The notes: generated from the sequence alone by a model not told the origin. A DNA stretch of 64,000 nt from the human T2T-CHM13v2.0 reference genome, Homo sapiens (GCF_009914755.1 NC_060943.1); one strand, 5' to 3'. Numbered from the stretch's first letter, positions 1 to 22,534 are shown. A program made the numbers and translations.

Positions 1-1
1 C

Positions 2-166
<165 letters not shown>

Positions 167-497
167 TAATTTTTTGTATTTTCAGTAGAGACAGGGTTTC
201 ACCGTGGTCTCGATCTCCTGACTTTGTGATCCGCCTGCCTCGACCTCCCAAAGTGCTGGGATTACAGGCGTGAGCCACCGCGTCCGGCCATTCCTCCCCA
301 TTCTAACCACATGATCCCCAAGGATCTCTATCCATCCCGGTATCCCAACCTAAGGGGGTTCCAATAACAAATTTTTGGCCGGGCAGGGTGGCTCACGCCT
401 GTAATCCCAGCACTTTGGGAGGCCGAGGCGGGCAGATCACTTGAGGTCAGGAGTTCGAAACCAGCCTGGCCAACATGGTGAAACTTCGTCTCTACTA

Positions 498-1182
<685 letters not shown>

Positions 1183-1223
1183 TCAAGGACAGTTTCCCTG
1201 ACTCCCATCCAGGCCATATTTTA

Positions 1224-1585
<362 letters not shown>

Positions 1586-1970
1586 CTATGGGAGGCTGAG
1601 ATGGGAGGATTGCTTGAGCCCAGGAGTTCGAGACCAGCCTGACCAACATGGCGAGATCCTGTCTCCATTTAAAAAAAAAAAAAAAAAGATGGTTTTGTGA
1701 GGTAATGAAAATGAAGGCCCCAAGCTTGGCCAGACCTGGGTCCCCAGGCTGGAGTAGCACCCCTTCCTGTGTGATCTTGACAGAGGGGCATTACTGTGAG
1801 CCTCAGTTTCCTCTCCTATAAACTGGTGGTTCTACAGGGAAGTAAAGGAGCAGGCCTACAGGGTGTCTGGTACATGTAGATGCTCAGTATATCATGAAAC
1901 CCACCCTTGCCCCCTTTGGCAAGTTAGAGAGTCATTCGTTCTTTCAAAAATATTTACTGAGCATCTGCTA

Positions 1971-2414
<444 letters not shown>

Positions 2415-2515
2415 TCACACCTGTAATCCCAGCACTTTGGGAGGCCAAGGCAAGCAGATCACCTGAGGTCAGGAGTTCGAGACCAGCCTAACATGGAGAA
2501 ACCCTGTCTCTACTA

Positions 2516-2749
<234 letters not shown>

Positions 2750-2752
2750 TCA

Positions 2753-3251
<499 letters not shown>

Positions 3252-3285
3252 TAGAATTTACTTAGTAGAATTTTTTGTATTCTTA

Positions 3286-3456
<171 letters not shown>

Positions 3457-3872
3457 TCAGGCAATTCTCCTGCCTCAGCCTCATGAGTACTTGGAACTAC
3501 AGGTGTGTGACACCACACATGGTATTTTTTGTATTTTTAGTGAAGATGACATTTCACCATGTTGCCCAGGTTGGTCTCGAACTCCTGACCTCAAGTGATC
3601 AGCCTACCTCGGCCTCCCAAAGTGTTGGGATTACAGGCGTGAGCCAAATGCCCAGCCAAGGGTAAAGTGTTTAGACTTCAACGTGCTTTGGTCCATCTGG
3701 GAAACTGAGGCACAGAAGTTGGCCCACCCAGCCCAGCGGTCCTCCTAATCCCACAGACAGTGGGGATGGAGATTCTGCAAGGGGAAGAGGTGGGAGTCAG
3801 GTAGCAGGCAGAATTTGGACAGCCTGGGAGGTAGCTGCACACAGTGACCCCCTTCCTTATTCCTCCCCACAG

Positions 3873-3930
3873 GGAGTGGTTTTCAGAGACATTTCAGAAA
3901 GTGAAGGAGAAACTCAAGATTGACTCATGA
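3873..3930 (+). CDS. APOC1: Apolipoprotein C-I, last coding exon
   Basis: cacag acceptor, then (R)EWFSETFQKVKEKLKIDS and TGA at 3928-3930; phase matches exon 3. Confidence 0.98.
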
Positions 3931-4026
3931 GGACCTGAAGGGTGACATCCCAGGAGGGGCCTCTGAAATTTCCCACACCCCAGCGCCTGTGCTGAGGACT
4001 CCCTCCATGTGGCCCCAGGTGCCACC

Positions 4027-4032
4027 AATAAA
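4027..4032 (+). terminator. APOC1: APOC1 polyadenylation signal
   Basis: AATAAA ~100 nt after the stop, followed by a GT/T-rich downstream element (gtgcttctttactct). Confidence 0.85.
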
Positions 4033-4409
4033 AATCCTACAGAAAATTCTCTCCTGAGTGCTTCTTTACTCTGGGGAAGGGGCTGCGGGAGAGGGTAGGG
4101 GCTTCCAGAGAGGGCAGGGTCTGCAGGAGAGGGCAGGGGCTAAACCTTAGGTACTCCTCACAAGCCCTCCAATGCCCTATCTACTTGCCCTGTGCTGAGG
4201 ATGTTTTAACTCCATGGTCTCAAAAGAGTCTTCCTAAGAACCCTGCAAACTGGGCCTTATTAATCCCATAAGGGCATTGAGGCCCAGAGAGGTGAAGTTA
4301 CTTGTATAAGGTCACACAGCCAGGAAGTAGAGAACTGGAACTAGATTGAACCCTCAGCCTAGCAATGTCACTATGCTACACTTTTCCTAGTGTGGTCTAC
4401 CCGAGATGA

Positions 4410-4693
<284 letters not shown>

Positions 4694-5139
4694 TAGAATT
4701 ACAGGCGTGAGCCACTGTGCCTGGCTCTTATGTAAAATTAAACCACATACACATGAGAAACAACCCTATGTAATTAAGATTTCTTTCTTTTTTTTTTTTT
4801 TTTTAAGAGATGGAGTCACCCAGGCTGGAGTGCAGTTGCACAATCTCCATTCACTGCAGCCTTGCAACCTCCACCACCTGAGTTCAAGGGATTCTCCTGC
4901 CTCAGCCTCCTGAGTAGCTGGGATTATAGGCATGTGCCACCACGCCCAGCTAATTTTTTTGTATTTTTAGTAGAGACGGAATTTCCCCATGTTGGCCAGG
5001 CTGGTCTCAAACTCCTGGCCTTAAATGATCCACCCGTCCTGGCCTCCCAAAGTGCTGGGATTACAGGTGTGAGCCACCACACCCAGCTTAAGATTTCATA
5101 AGAAAAATATTTGTAAGCCACATATCTAATAACCGGTTA

Positions 5140-5445
<306 letters not shown>

Positions 5446-5469
5446 TCAAAATGTATAATATACAATCCT

Positions 5470-5755
5470 AGTTGGGACATCAAACACTGCAGCCACTGTG
5501 GAAAACAGTATGGGGTTTCCTCAAAACATTAAAGATAGAACTCTCAAATGATCCTTCAATCCCACTTCTGGGTATTTATTCAAAAGAATTGAAATCAGGA
5601 CCTTGAAGAGATACCTGCCCTCCCATGTTCACTGCAGGTCTGCTCAATACCCAAGATATGGAAACAACCTAAATGTTTATCAACAGATGAATGGGTCAAG
5701 GAAATGTGGTCTCTACATGTAATGGAATGTAACGCATCCTTAAAAAGGAAACCCT
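5470..5755 (+). mobile_element. Old L1M 3' fragment (paralog at ~17600-17878)
   Basis: gcagccactgtggaaaacagt...caatcccacttctgggtatttat...ggaaacaacctaaatgt...cagatgaatgg is typical L1 ORF2-end/3'UTR sequence. Confidence 0.8.
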
Positions 5756-5784
5756 AAGGCCGGGCTCTGTGGCTCACACATGTT

Positions 5785-6730
5785 TTTTTTTTTAAATTTT
5801 ATTTATTTATTTATTTATTTATTTATTTTTTATTGATCATTCTTGGGTGTTTCTCACAGAGGGGGATTTGGCAGGGTCATAGGACAATAGTGGAGGGAAG
5901 GTCAGCAGATAAACAAGTGAACAAAGGTCTCTGGTTTTCCTAGGCAGAGGACCCTGAGGCCTTCCGCAGTGTTTGTGTCCCTGGGTACTTGAGATTAGGG
6001 AGTGGTGACGACTCTTAACGAGCATGCTGCCTTCAAGCATCTGTTTAACAAAGCACATCTTGCACCACCCTTAATCCATTTAACCCTGAGTGGACACAGC
6101 ACATGTTTCAGAGAGCACAGGGTTGGGGGTAAGATCACAGATCAACAGGATCCCAAGGCAGAAGAATTTTTCTTAGTATAGAACAAAATGAAAAGTCTCC
6201 CATGTCTACTTCTTTCTACACAGACACGGCAACCATCCGATTTCTCAATCTTTTCCCCACCTTTCCCCCCTTTCTATTCCACAAAGCCGCGATTGTCATC
6301 CTGGCCGGTTCTCAATGAGCTGTTGGGCACACCTCCCAGACAGGGTGGTGGCCGGGCAGAGGGGCTCCTCACTTCCCAGTAGGGGCGGCCGGGCAGAGGC
6401 GCCCCTCACCTCCCGGACGGGGTGGCTGCCGGGCGGAGAGGCTCCTCACTTCTCAGACAGGGCGGTTGCCAGGCAGAGGGTCTCCTCACTTCTCAGACGG
6501 GGTGGCCGGGCAGAGACGCTCCTCACCTCCCAGACGGGGTCGCGGCCGGGCAGAGGCGCTCCTCACATCCCAGACGGGGCGGCGGGGCAGAGGCGCTCCC
6601 CACATCTCAGACGATGGGCGGCCGGGAAGAGGCGCTCCTCACTTCCTAGATGGGATGGCGGCCGGACGGAGACGCTCCTCACTTCCCAGACTGGGCAGCC
6701 AGGCAGAGGGGCTCCTCACATCCCAGACGA
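5785..6730 (-). mobile_element. SVA retrotransposon, 5'-truncated within the VNTR
   Basis: Poly-T/(TTTA)n tail, SINE-R (ttattgatcattcttgggtgtttctc...), and GC-rich VNTR units (gggcagaggcgctcctcacttcccagacggg). 17-bp TSD tgtggctcac[a/g]catgtt at 5768-5784 and 6731-6747. Confidence 0.96.
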
Positions 6731-6857
6731 TGTGGCTCACGCATGTTATCCCAGCACTTTCGGAGGTCAAGGCAGGAGGATCACTTGAGGCCAGGAGTTG
6801 GAGACCATCTTGGCCAACATGGTGAAACCCCGTCTCTACTAAAAATACAAAAAATTA

Positions 6858-7187
<330 letters not shown>

Positions 7188-8301
7188 TTAATGCATCCCC
7201 TTCTCCCCCAAATCAACCCTCCAAACTCCTATACTCTCCTGTCTTCTCACTCAGCAGCCTGTTAGAACTCAAGTCAGATTTTTTGTTTTTTGTTTTTTGA
7301 GACGGAGTCTCACTCTATTGCCCAGCCTGTGCAGTGGCACCATCTCAGCTCACTGCAACCTCTGCCTCCCAGGTTGAACCGATTTTCCTGCTCAGTCTCC
7401 CAAGTAGCTGGGACTACAGGCGTGTGTGTGCCACCACACCCAGCTAATTTTTGTATTTGTAGTAGAGACGGGGTTTCACCATGTTGCCCAGGTTGGTCTC
7501 GAACTCCTGAGCTCTAGCAATTAGCCCTCCTTGGCCTCCCAAAGTGCTGGGGTTACAGGCATGAGCCACCATGGCCGGCCTCAAGTCAGATTATGCTCTT
7601 CCTCTGCTCAGAACTCTCCTGATTCTCTCAGAGTAAACCCAGAAGCACTTACCAAGGCCTACAAACGGGACACTATGCCGTCCACGATCGCCTCCTCCCT
7701 GTCTCTCTCTCCATCACTCACAAGCAACTCTTTGCTATTCCTCCAATGTACTGGGCAGGTTCCCATCTCAGGGCCCTTGCAGTTACTGTTCCTCTTGCCT
7801 GGAATGTTCTTCCCCAGGGGTCCAGATATCTGCCTGGCTCCCTCCTCACTTCCTCCAGTTCTCTTCCAAAATCATCCCCTGCCAGACGTGGTGGCACACG
7901 CCTGTAATCCTAACTCTTTGAGATGCCAAGGTGGGAGGATTGCTTCAGCTCAGGAGTTCAAGATCAGCCTGGGCAATAGCAAGACCCCATCCGTTCTAAA
8001 AATAAAAATAAATAAAAAATAAAAAATAAAAATTAGCTGAGCATGGTAGTGGACACCTTGGGGTTCCAGCCACGTGGCAGGCTGAGGTAGGAGGATGGCT
8101 TTGAATCAGGGAGGTTGAGGCTGCAGTGAGCCATGTTCTGAATTAGATACTGGTGATGATCGTGCAACCTTCCCAATATAGGAAAAACCACTGAACAGTA
8201 CATTTTCAAAGGGTAAATTTAGCCGGACACGGTGGCTCATGTCTGTAATCCCAGCACTTTTGGAGTCCGAGGCGGGCAGATCACCTGAGGCTGGGAGTTC
8301 A

Positions 8302-8521
<220 letters not shown>

Positions 8522-8963
8522 TTAAGAAATTAGCCAGGCGTGGTGGTGGGTGCCTGTAGTCTCAGCTACTTGGGAGGCTGAGGCATGAGAATCGCTTAAA
8601 CCCGGCGGGTGGAGGCTACAGTGAGCCTAGATTCCACCACCGCACTCCAGCCTGGGCAACTGAGTGAGACTCCACCTCAAAAAAATAAATAAAAGGGTAA
8701 ATTTTATGGAATGTGAATCATAATTCAATTTTTCAACATGCGTTAGGAGGGACATTTCAAACTCTTTTTTACCCTAGACTTTCCTACCATCACCGAGAGT
8801 ATCCAGCCAGGAGGGGAGGGGCTAGAGACACCAGAAGTTTAGCAGGGAGGAGGGCGTAGGGATTCGGGGAATGAAGGGATGGGATTCAGACTAGGGCCAG
8901 GACCCAGGGATGGAGAGAAAGAGATGAGAGTGGTTTGGGGGCTTGGTGACTTAGAGAACAGAG

Positions 8964-9427
8964 CTGCAGGCTCAGAGGCACACAGGAGTTTCTGGGCTCA
9001 CCCTGCCCCCTTCCAACCCCTCAGTTCCCATCCTCCAGCAGCTGTTTGTGTGCTGCCTCTGAAGTCCACACTGAACAAACTTCAGCCTACTCATGTCCCT
9101 AAAATGGGCAAACATTGCAAGCAGCAAACAGCAAACACACAGCCCTCCCTGCCTGCTGACCTTGGAGCTGGGGCAGAGGTCAGAGACCTCTCTGGGCCCA
9201 TGCCACCTCCAACATCCACTCGACCCCTTGGAATTTCGGTGGAGAGGAGCAGAGGTTGTCCTGGCGTGGTTTAGGTAGTGTGAGAGGGTCCGGGTTCAAA
9301 ACCACTTGCTGGGTGGGGAGTCGTCAGTAAGTGGCTATGCCCCGACCCCGAAGCCTGTTTCCCCATCTGTACAATGGAAATGATAAAGACGCCCATCTGA
9401 TAGGGTTTTTGTGGCAAATAAACATTT

Positions 9428-9458
<31 letters not shown>

Positions 9459-9737
9459 GAGATGGAGGTTTGCTCTGTCGCCCAGGCTGGAGTGCAGTGA
9501 CACAATCTCATCTCACCACAACCTTCCCCTGCCTCAGCCTCCCAAGTAGCTGGGATTACAAGCATGTGCCACCACACCTGGCTAATTTTCTATTTTTAGT
9601 AGAGACGGGTTTCTCCATGTTGGTCAGCCTCAGCCTCCCAAGTAACTGGGATTACAGGCCTGTGCCACCACACCCGGCTAATTTTTTCTATTTTTGACAG
9701 GGACGGGGTTTCACCATGTTGGTCAGGCTGGTCTAGA
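8964..9737 (+). promoter_or_regulatory. Hepatic control region HCR.1 (liver enhancer of the APOE/C1/C4/C2 cluster); core ~8968-9288
   Basis: Recognised ApoE-HCR core sequence (aggctcagaggcacacagg...gtgtgagaggg) with three GCAAACA FOXA-type sites. PstI at 8964 to XbaI at 9732-9737 gives the classic 774-bp fragment. Confidence 0.95.
9177..9189 (+). promoter_or_regulatory. FXR response element (IR1) in HCR.1; paralog at 20772-20784
   Basis: AGGTCA-g-AGACCT, an IR1 with one mismatch; FXR regulation of APOC2 through the HCRs is established. Confidence 0.75.
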
Positions 9738-9949
9738 ACTCCTGACCTCAAATGATCCACCCACCTAGGCCTCCCAAAGTGCACAGATTACAGGCGTGGG
9801 CCACCGCACCTGGCCAAATTTTTAATTTTTTTCTAGAGATAGGGTCTTACTGTGTTGCCCAGGCTGGTGTCAAACTCCTGGGCTCAAGCAGATCCTCCTG
9901 TCTCAGCTTCCCAAAGTGGTGGGATTATAGGTGTGAGCCACTGCGCCCA

Positions 9950-10570
9950 GTCAGTAGCCCCCTCTTTGCCCCTCACTGAGCCCTACTGGATGTTCTTGGT
10001 TGTGTGACAGTTTCCCCATCTATTAAACAGAAACCCCTATAGCAGAGGGGAGGATGAGGTTGGAAAATCAGGAGCATTGTTATTCTATTCTTGTGGGATC
10101 GGGGAAGCAGACATCTGGGTGGATGTTTGGGGAATGCTGGGCTCAGTTGAGGAAGTAGGGGGGCCCCTGGGGCTTACAGGGACTGGAAGCTCTGAGCTGG
10201 CCAGAGGGATGTTGCAATCCTGCCAGGGTCTTGTCTATGCTGTCCCTTTCACAACCATCCCCCTACCGCCAGGCTGACACGTGGTTGTGGGGGCACAAGG
10301 CCAGCCGAACTAGAGTCTGAGGCTGGGCTGAGGACACCCTCCCCATCAGCTGCCAGGGTCACTGGCGGTCAAAGGCAGCTGGTGGGGAAGGAATTGGACT
10401 CCAGCCCTGGGGGACGGATGTGGTGATGGTGGGAAGCAGGCTTGGTGCCAGGAGGGGCATCAGAGGGTGAATAAGAGCAGATAGAGTGTTTGGGGGAGGT
10501 AGCCAGCCAAAGGGGGTGAGGCCCGGTGGAAGGGAAGAAGGGGCATACACTCAGAGCTTTGCAGCTGAAG
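9950..10570 (+). promoter_or_regulatory. Multienhancer ME.2 (macrophage/adipocyte/astrocyte enhancer); boundaries approximate
   Basis: Unique block between Alus upstream of APOC1P1 that contains the LXR DR4 GGGTCA-ctgg-CGGTCA at 10356-10371. Confidence 0.8.
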
Positions 10571-10585
10571 GTTTTAATTTTTTGA

Positions 10586-10690
<105 letters not shown>

Positions 10691-11469
10691 TGAATAGCTG
10701 GGACTACAGGTGTGCGCCACCACGCTCAGCTAATTTTTGAACTTTTTTGTAGAGATGAGGTCTCCCTATATTGCCCAGGCTGGTCTCTTAACTCCTGGGC
10801 TCAAGTGATCCTCCTTCCTCAGCTTCCCAAAGCGCTGGGATTACAGGCATGAGCCACCATGCCTGGCCAATGCAGGTGAGGTTTTTAGTGTCCAGCTAAG
10901 GCGACCCCTTCCCTTTGCAAAAAAGGGAGACTGAAAATCATCAAGTTAAGAGCCCAGAGAATATCAGGGTGGTCTGGGATGTTTCAAGGGCTGGTCTGAA
11001 AGAAATTGGAGGTGGCACGCAGGGCAGGGTTGCGGGGCCAACTGGGAGGCCCCAGCAACATAAAGGAAAAGTTGTTGGGGCTGAGGAGGCTTGCTGAGAG
11101 AGGGGAAGTGAGGGAAAGAGGTGATCTAGGGACACGGTGTGAATGAGGGGGGGATGAGATCACAGGGTTATTACTGGGAGACCCCTGAGGGAAGATGGCC
11201 ACAGGGACAGGACGAGGCTGTCCTCTGAGTGGGGAAAGGAGCTATGGTAGTCTGAGGACCCCCCAGAGTCAGGGAGATTGGGAGGTGAGGGTGCTGAATG
11301 GTAAAGGGCTTCGGAGCTAAGGGAAATGGTCAGGACCCCACCTGACCCCAACGCCCACGGGCCAGGGGCAGAGGAGAAAAACCTGGGTGGGCAGAAGGAG
11401 GCAATCTTCCAGGGGAAGGCTCAGGAGGAGGGAGATCAACATCAACCTGCCCCGCCCCCTCCCCAGCCT

Positions 11470-15875
<4,406 letters not shown>

Positions 15876-15897
15876 AATCCTATGGAAAATTCTCTCT

Positions 15898-16281
<384 letters not shown>

Positions 16282-16479
16282 TTACGGACTCCTCACAAGC
16301 CCTCCAATGCCCCATCTACTTGCCCTGTGCTAAGGATGTTTTAACTCTATGGTCTCAAAAGAATCTTCCTAAGAACCTTGCAAACTGGGACTTAATAATC
16401 CCATAAGGGCATTGAGGCCCAGAGAGGTGAGGCTACTTGTATAAGGTCACACAGCCAGGAAGTGGAGAACTGGAACTAG

Positions 16480-17168
<689 letters not shown>

Positions 17169-17312
17169 TAAAATTAAACCACATGCACATGCAAAACAAC
17201 CCTATGTAAAAAAAAAATTTTTTTTGAGATGGAGTCTGGCTCTGTCACCCAGGCTGAAGTGCAATGATGCGATCTCCACTCACTGCAACCTCTGCCTCCC
17301 AAATTCAAGTGA

Positions 17313-17519
<207 letters not shown>

Positions 17520-20115
17520 TAAGAACAATATTTGAAAGCCATATATCTAATAAGGGGTTAATATTCAAAATATATAAGGGACTCCTACAATGCGAGTGGG
17601 AACACCAAACACTGCAGCCACTGTGGAAAACAGTATGGGGTTTCCTCAAAACATTAAAGATAGAACTACCAAATGATCCTGCAATCCCACTTCTGGGTAT
17701 TTATTCAAAAGAATTGAAATCAGGACCTTGAAGAGATACCTGCCCTCCCATGTTCACTGCAGGTCTGCTTAATACCCAAGATATGGAAACAACCTAAATG
17801 TTTATCAACAGATGAATGGGTCAAGGAAATGTGGTCTATACGTGCAATGGAATGTAAAGCATCCTTAAAAAGGAAACCCTGAGGCCGGGCTCTGTGGCTC
17901 ACACATGTTATCCCAGCACTTTCGGAGGTCGAGGCAGGAGGATCACTTGAGGCCAGGAGTTGGAGACCATCCTGGCCAACATGGTGAAACCCCGTATCTA
18001 CTAAAAATACAAAAAAAATCAGCCAGGCATGGTGGCGGGTGCCTGTAAACCCAGCTACTCAAGAGGCTGAGGCAGGAGAATCACTGGAACCCAGGAGGCG
18101 GAGGCTGCACTGAGCAGAGATCGTGCCGTTGCACTCCAGCCTGGGCGACAAGAACAAAACTCCATCTCAAAAAATAAAAAAAGGAACTCCTGAAGCCAGG
18201 CTCGGTGGCTCCCACCTGTAATCCCAGCACTTTGGGATGCCAAGGCAGGAGGATCACTCGAGGCCAGGAGTTGGAGACTATCCTGTCCAACATGGTGAAA
18301 CCCTATCTCTACTAAAAATGCAAACATTAGCCAGGCATGGTGGCGTGTGCCTGTAATCCCAGCTACTTGGGAGGCTGAGGCGTGAGAATAGCTTGAACCA
18401 GGAGGTAGAGACTGCAGTGAGCTGAGATCATGCCACTGCACTCCAGCCTGGGCGTCAGAGCAAGACTCCATCTCAAAACATAAAAGGAAATCCTGGGCCG
18501 AGCGCAGTGACTCACGCCTGTAATCCCAGCACTTTGGGAGGCCGAGGCAGGTGGATCACAAGGTCAGGAGATCGAGACCATCCTGGCTAACATGGTGAAA
18601 CACTGTCTCTACTAAAAATACAAAAAATTAGCTGGGCATGGTGGCGGGCGCCTATAGTCCCAGCTATTCGGGAGGCTGAGGCAGGAGAATGGCGTGAACC
18701 CGGGAGGCAGAGCTTGCAGTGAGCCAATATTGCGCCATGCATTCCAGCCTGGATGACAGAGTGAGACTGTGTCTCAGGAGAAAAAAAAAAAAAAAAAAGG
18801 AAATCCTGAACCTGGGCATAGTGTCTTATGCCTGTAATCCCAGCACTTTGGAAGGCTGAGATGGGAGGATCAGTTGAGGTCAGGAGTTCAAGACCAGCCT
18901 GGGTAACATGGTGAGACACCGTCTCTACCAAAAAAAGAAGAAAGAAAGAGAATAAATAAATTATAAATATTACTCTCTGGGGTTAATGCATTCCCTTCTC
19001 CCCCAAAATCAACCCTCCAAACTCCTATACTCTCCTTTCTTCTCACTCAGCAGCCTGTTAGAACTCAAGTCAGATTTTTTGTTTTTTTGTTTTTTGAGGC
19101 GGAGTCTCACTCTGTTGCCCAGGCTGGAGTACAGTGGCACCATCTCAGTCCACTGCAACCTCTGCCTCCCAGGTTCAAGCGATTCTCCTGCTCAGCCTCC
19201 CAATTAGCTGGGACTACAGGTGTGTGTGTGTCACCACACCCAGCTAATTTTTGTATTTGTAGTAGAGACGGGGTTTCACCATGTTGCCCAGGCTGGTCTC
19301 AAACTGCCCAGCTCTAGCGATCTACCCTCCTCGGCCTCCCAAAGTGCTGGGGTTACAGGCATGAGCCACCGTGCCCAGCCTCAAGTCAGATTATGCTCTT
19401 CCTCTGCTCAGAACTCTCCTGATTCTCTCAGAGCAAACCCAGAAGAACTTACCAAAGGCCTACAAACAGGACACTACCCGGTTCACGATCGCCTCATCCC
19501 TCTCTCTCCATCACTCACAAGCAACTCCTTGCTATTCCTCCAATGTACTGGGCAGGTTCCCACCTCAGGGCCCTTGCAGTTACTGTTCCTCTTGCCTGGA
19601 ATGTTCTTCCCCAGGGGTCCAGATATCTGCCTGGCTCCCTCCTCACTTCCTCCAGTTCTCTTCCAAAATCATCCCCTGCCAGACATAGTGGCACACTCCT
19701 GTAATCCTAACCTTTGAGAGGCCAAGATGGGAGGATTGCTTCAGCTCAGAGGTTCAAGACCAGCCTGGGCAACATAGCAAGACCCCATCCCTCCTAAAAA
19801 AAATTAGCTGGGCATGGTGGTGCACACTTGTGGTTCCAGCCACTTGGGAGGCTGAGGTAGGAGGATGGCTTTGAATCAGGGAGGTTGAGGCTGCAGTGAG
19901 CCATGTTCCAAATTAGATAGTGGTGATTGTGCAACCTTGCCAATATAGGAAAAACCATTGAACTGTACACTTTAAAAGGGTAAATTTAGCAGGACGCGGT
20001 GGCTCACGCCTGTAATCCCAGCACTTTGGGAGTCCGAGGCGGGCAGATCACTTGAGCTCAAGAGTTCGAAACCAACCTGACCAACATGGTGAAACTCCAT
20101 CTTTACGAAAAATTA

Positions 20116-20325
<210 letters not shown>

Positions 20326-20575
20326 TTATAACTCAATTTTTCAACATGCATTAGGAGGGACATTTCAAACCCTTTTTTACCCCAGCCTTCCCTGCAATCA
20401 CCCAGAGTATCCAGCCAGGAGGGGAGTGGCTAGAGACACCAGAAGATTAGCAGGGAGGAGGGTGCAGGGTTTCGGGGGATGAGGGGATGGGATTCAGACC
20501 AGGGTAAGGATCCAGGGGTAGAGAGAAAGATTTGAGAGTGGTTTTGGGGCTTGGTGACTTAGAGAACAGAGTTGC

Positions 20576-20881
20576 AGGCTCTGTTTTTGGGCCCGCCCTG
20601 CCCCCTTCCGACCTCTTAGTTCCTATCCTCCAGCAGCTGTTTGTGTGCTGCCTCTGAAGTCCACCCTGAATGACCTTCAGCCTGTTCCCGTCCCTGATAT
20701 GGGCAAACATTGCAAGCAGCAAACAGCAAACACATAGCCCTCCCTGCGTGCTGACCTTGGAGCTGCGGCAGAGGTCAGAGACCTCTCAGGGCCCATACCA
20801 CTTCCAACATCCCCTTGATCTCTTGGATTTTGGTGGAGAGGGGCAGAGGTTGTCCTGGCCTGGTTAGGTAGTGTGAGAGGG
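20576..20881 (+). promoter_or_regulatory. Hepatic control region HCR.2 core
   Basis: Diverged paralog of the HCR.1 core, retaining the GCAAACA repeats and the IR1. Confidence 0.92.
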
Positions 20882-21025
20882 TCCCGGTTCAAAACCACCA
20901 CTTGCTGGTTGAGGAGTCGTCAGTAAGTGGCTGCGCCCCCACCCTGAGGCTTGTTTCTCCATCTGTACAATGGAAATGATGAAGATGCCCACCTGATAGG
21001 GTTTTTGTGGCAAATAAGTAAGTAG

Positions 21026-21172
<147 letters not shown>

Positions 21173-21282
21173 TAGCTAGGACTACAGGCGCCCGCCACCA
21201 CACCCAGCTAATTTTTGCATTTTTAGTAGAGATGGGGTTTCACCATGTTGGCCAGGATGGTCTCAATCTCTTGACCTTGTGA

Positions 21283-21399
<117 letters not shown>

Positions 21400-21402
21400 T
21401 GA

Positions 21403-21663
<261 letters not shown>

Positions 21664-22276
21664 TAAAAGCCCTGCCATGGTTCCTGCCACACAGTGTGTG
21701 CTGGGGAAGCGCGCACGAATTAAACAGTAGCTGGCGTTGACGGGGCACCTATGCGGCATTTTCTGTGCACGATCTTTACTCTCCCTGGCAACCCTATGAG
21801 GTAGATAGTCCATGACTCCCATTCATGGATGAAGAAACAGGCCCACACAGGTAAAGCAACTTGTACCAGGTCATACCGCTAGAAAGATGTAGAGTCAGCC
21901 ACGCGCGGTGGCTCATGCCTATAATCCCAGCACTTTCGGAGGCTGAGGCGGGATGATCACTTGAGGTCAGAGGTTCGTAACCAGCCTGGCCAACATGGTG
22001 AAACCCCGTCTCTACTAAAAATACAAAAATTAGCTGGGCGTGGTGGCGGACGCCTGTAATCCCAGCTACTCAGGAGGCTGAGGCAGAAGAATTGCTTGAA
22101 CCCGGGAGACAGAGGTTGCAGTGAGCTGAGATCACGTCACTGCACTCCAGCCTGGGTGACTGAGCAAGACTCCATCTCAAAAAGAAAAAAAAACAGGCCA
22201 GGTGCAGTGGCTTACACCTGTAATCCCAGCACTTTGGGAGGCCAAGGCGTGTGGATTGCCTGAGGTCAGGAGTTCA

Positions 22277-22534
<258 letters not shown>

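Noticed and set aside
7531-8022. Similar 163/165-aa ORFs at 7531-8022 and 19220-19717
   Set aside because: The similarity reflects the segmental duplication of an L2-like/Alu region; both start in Alu and they differ by frameshifts.
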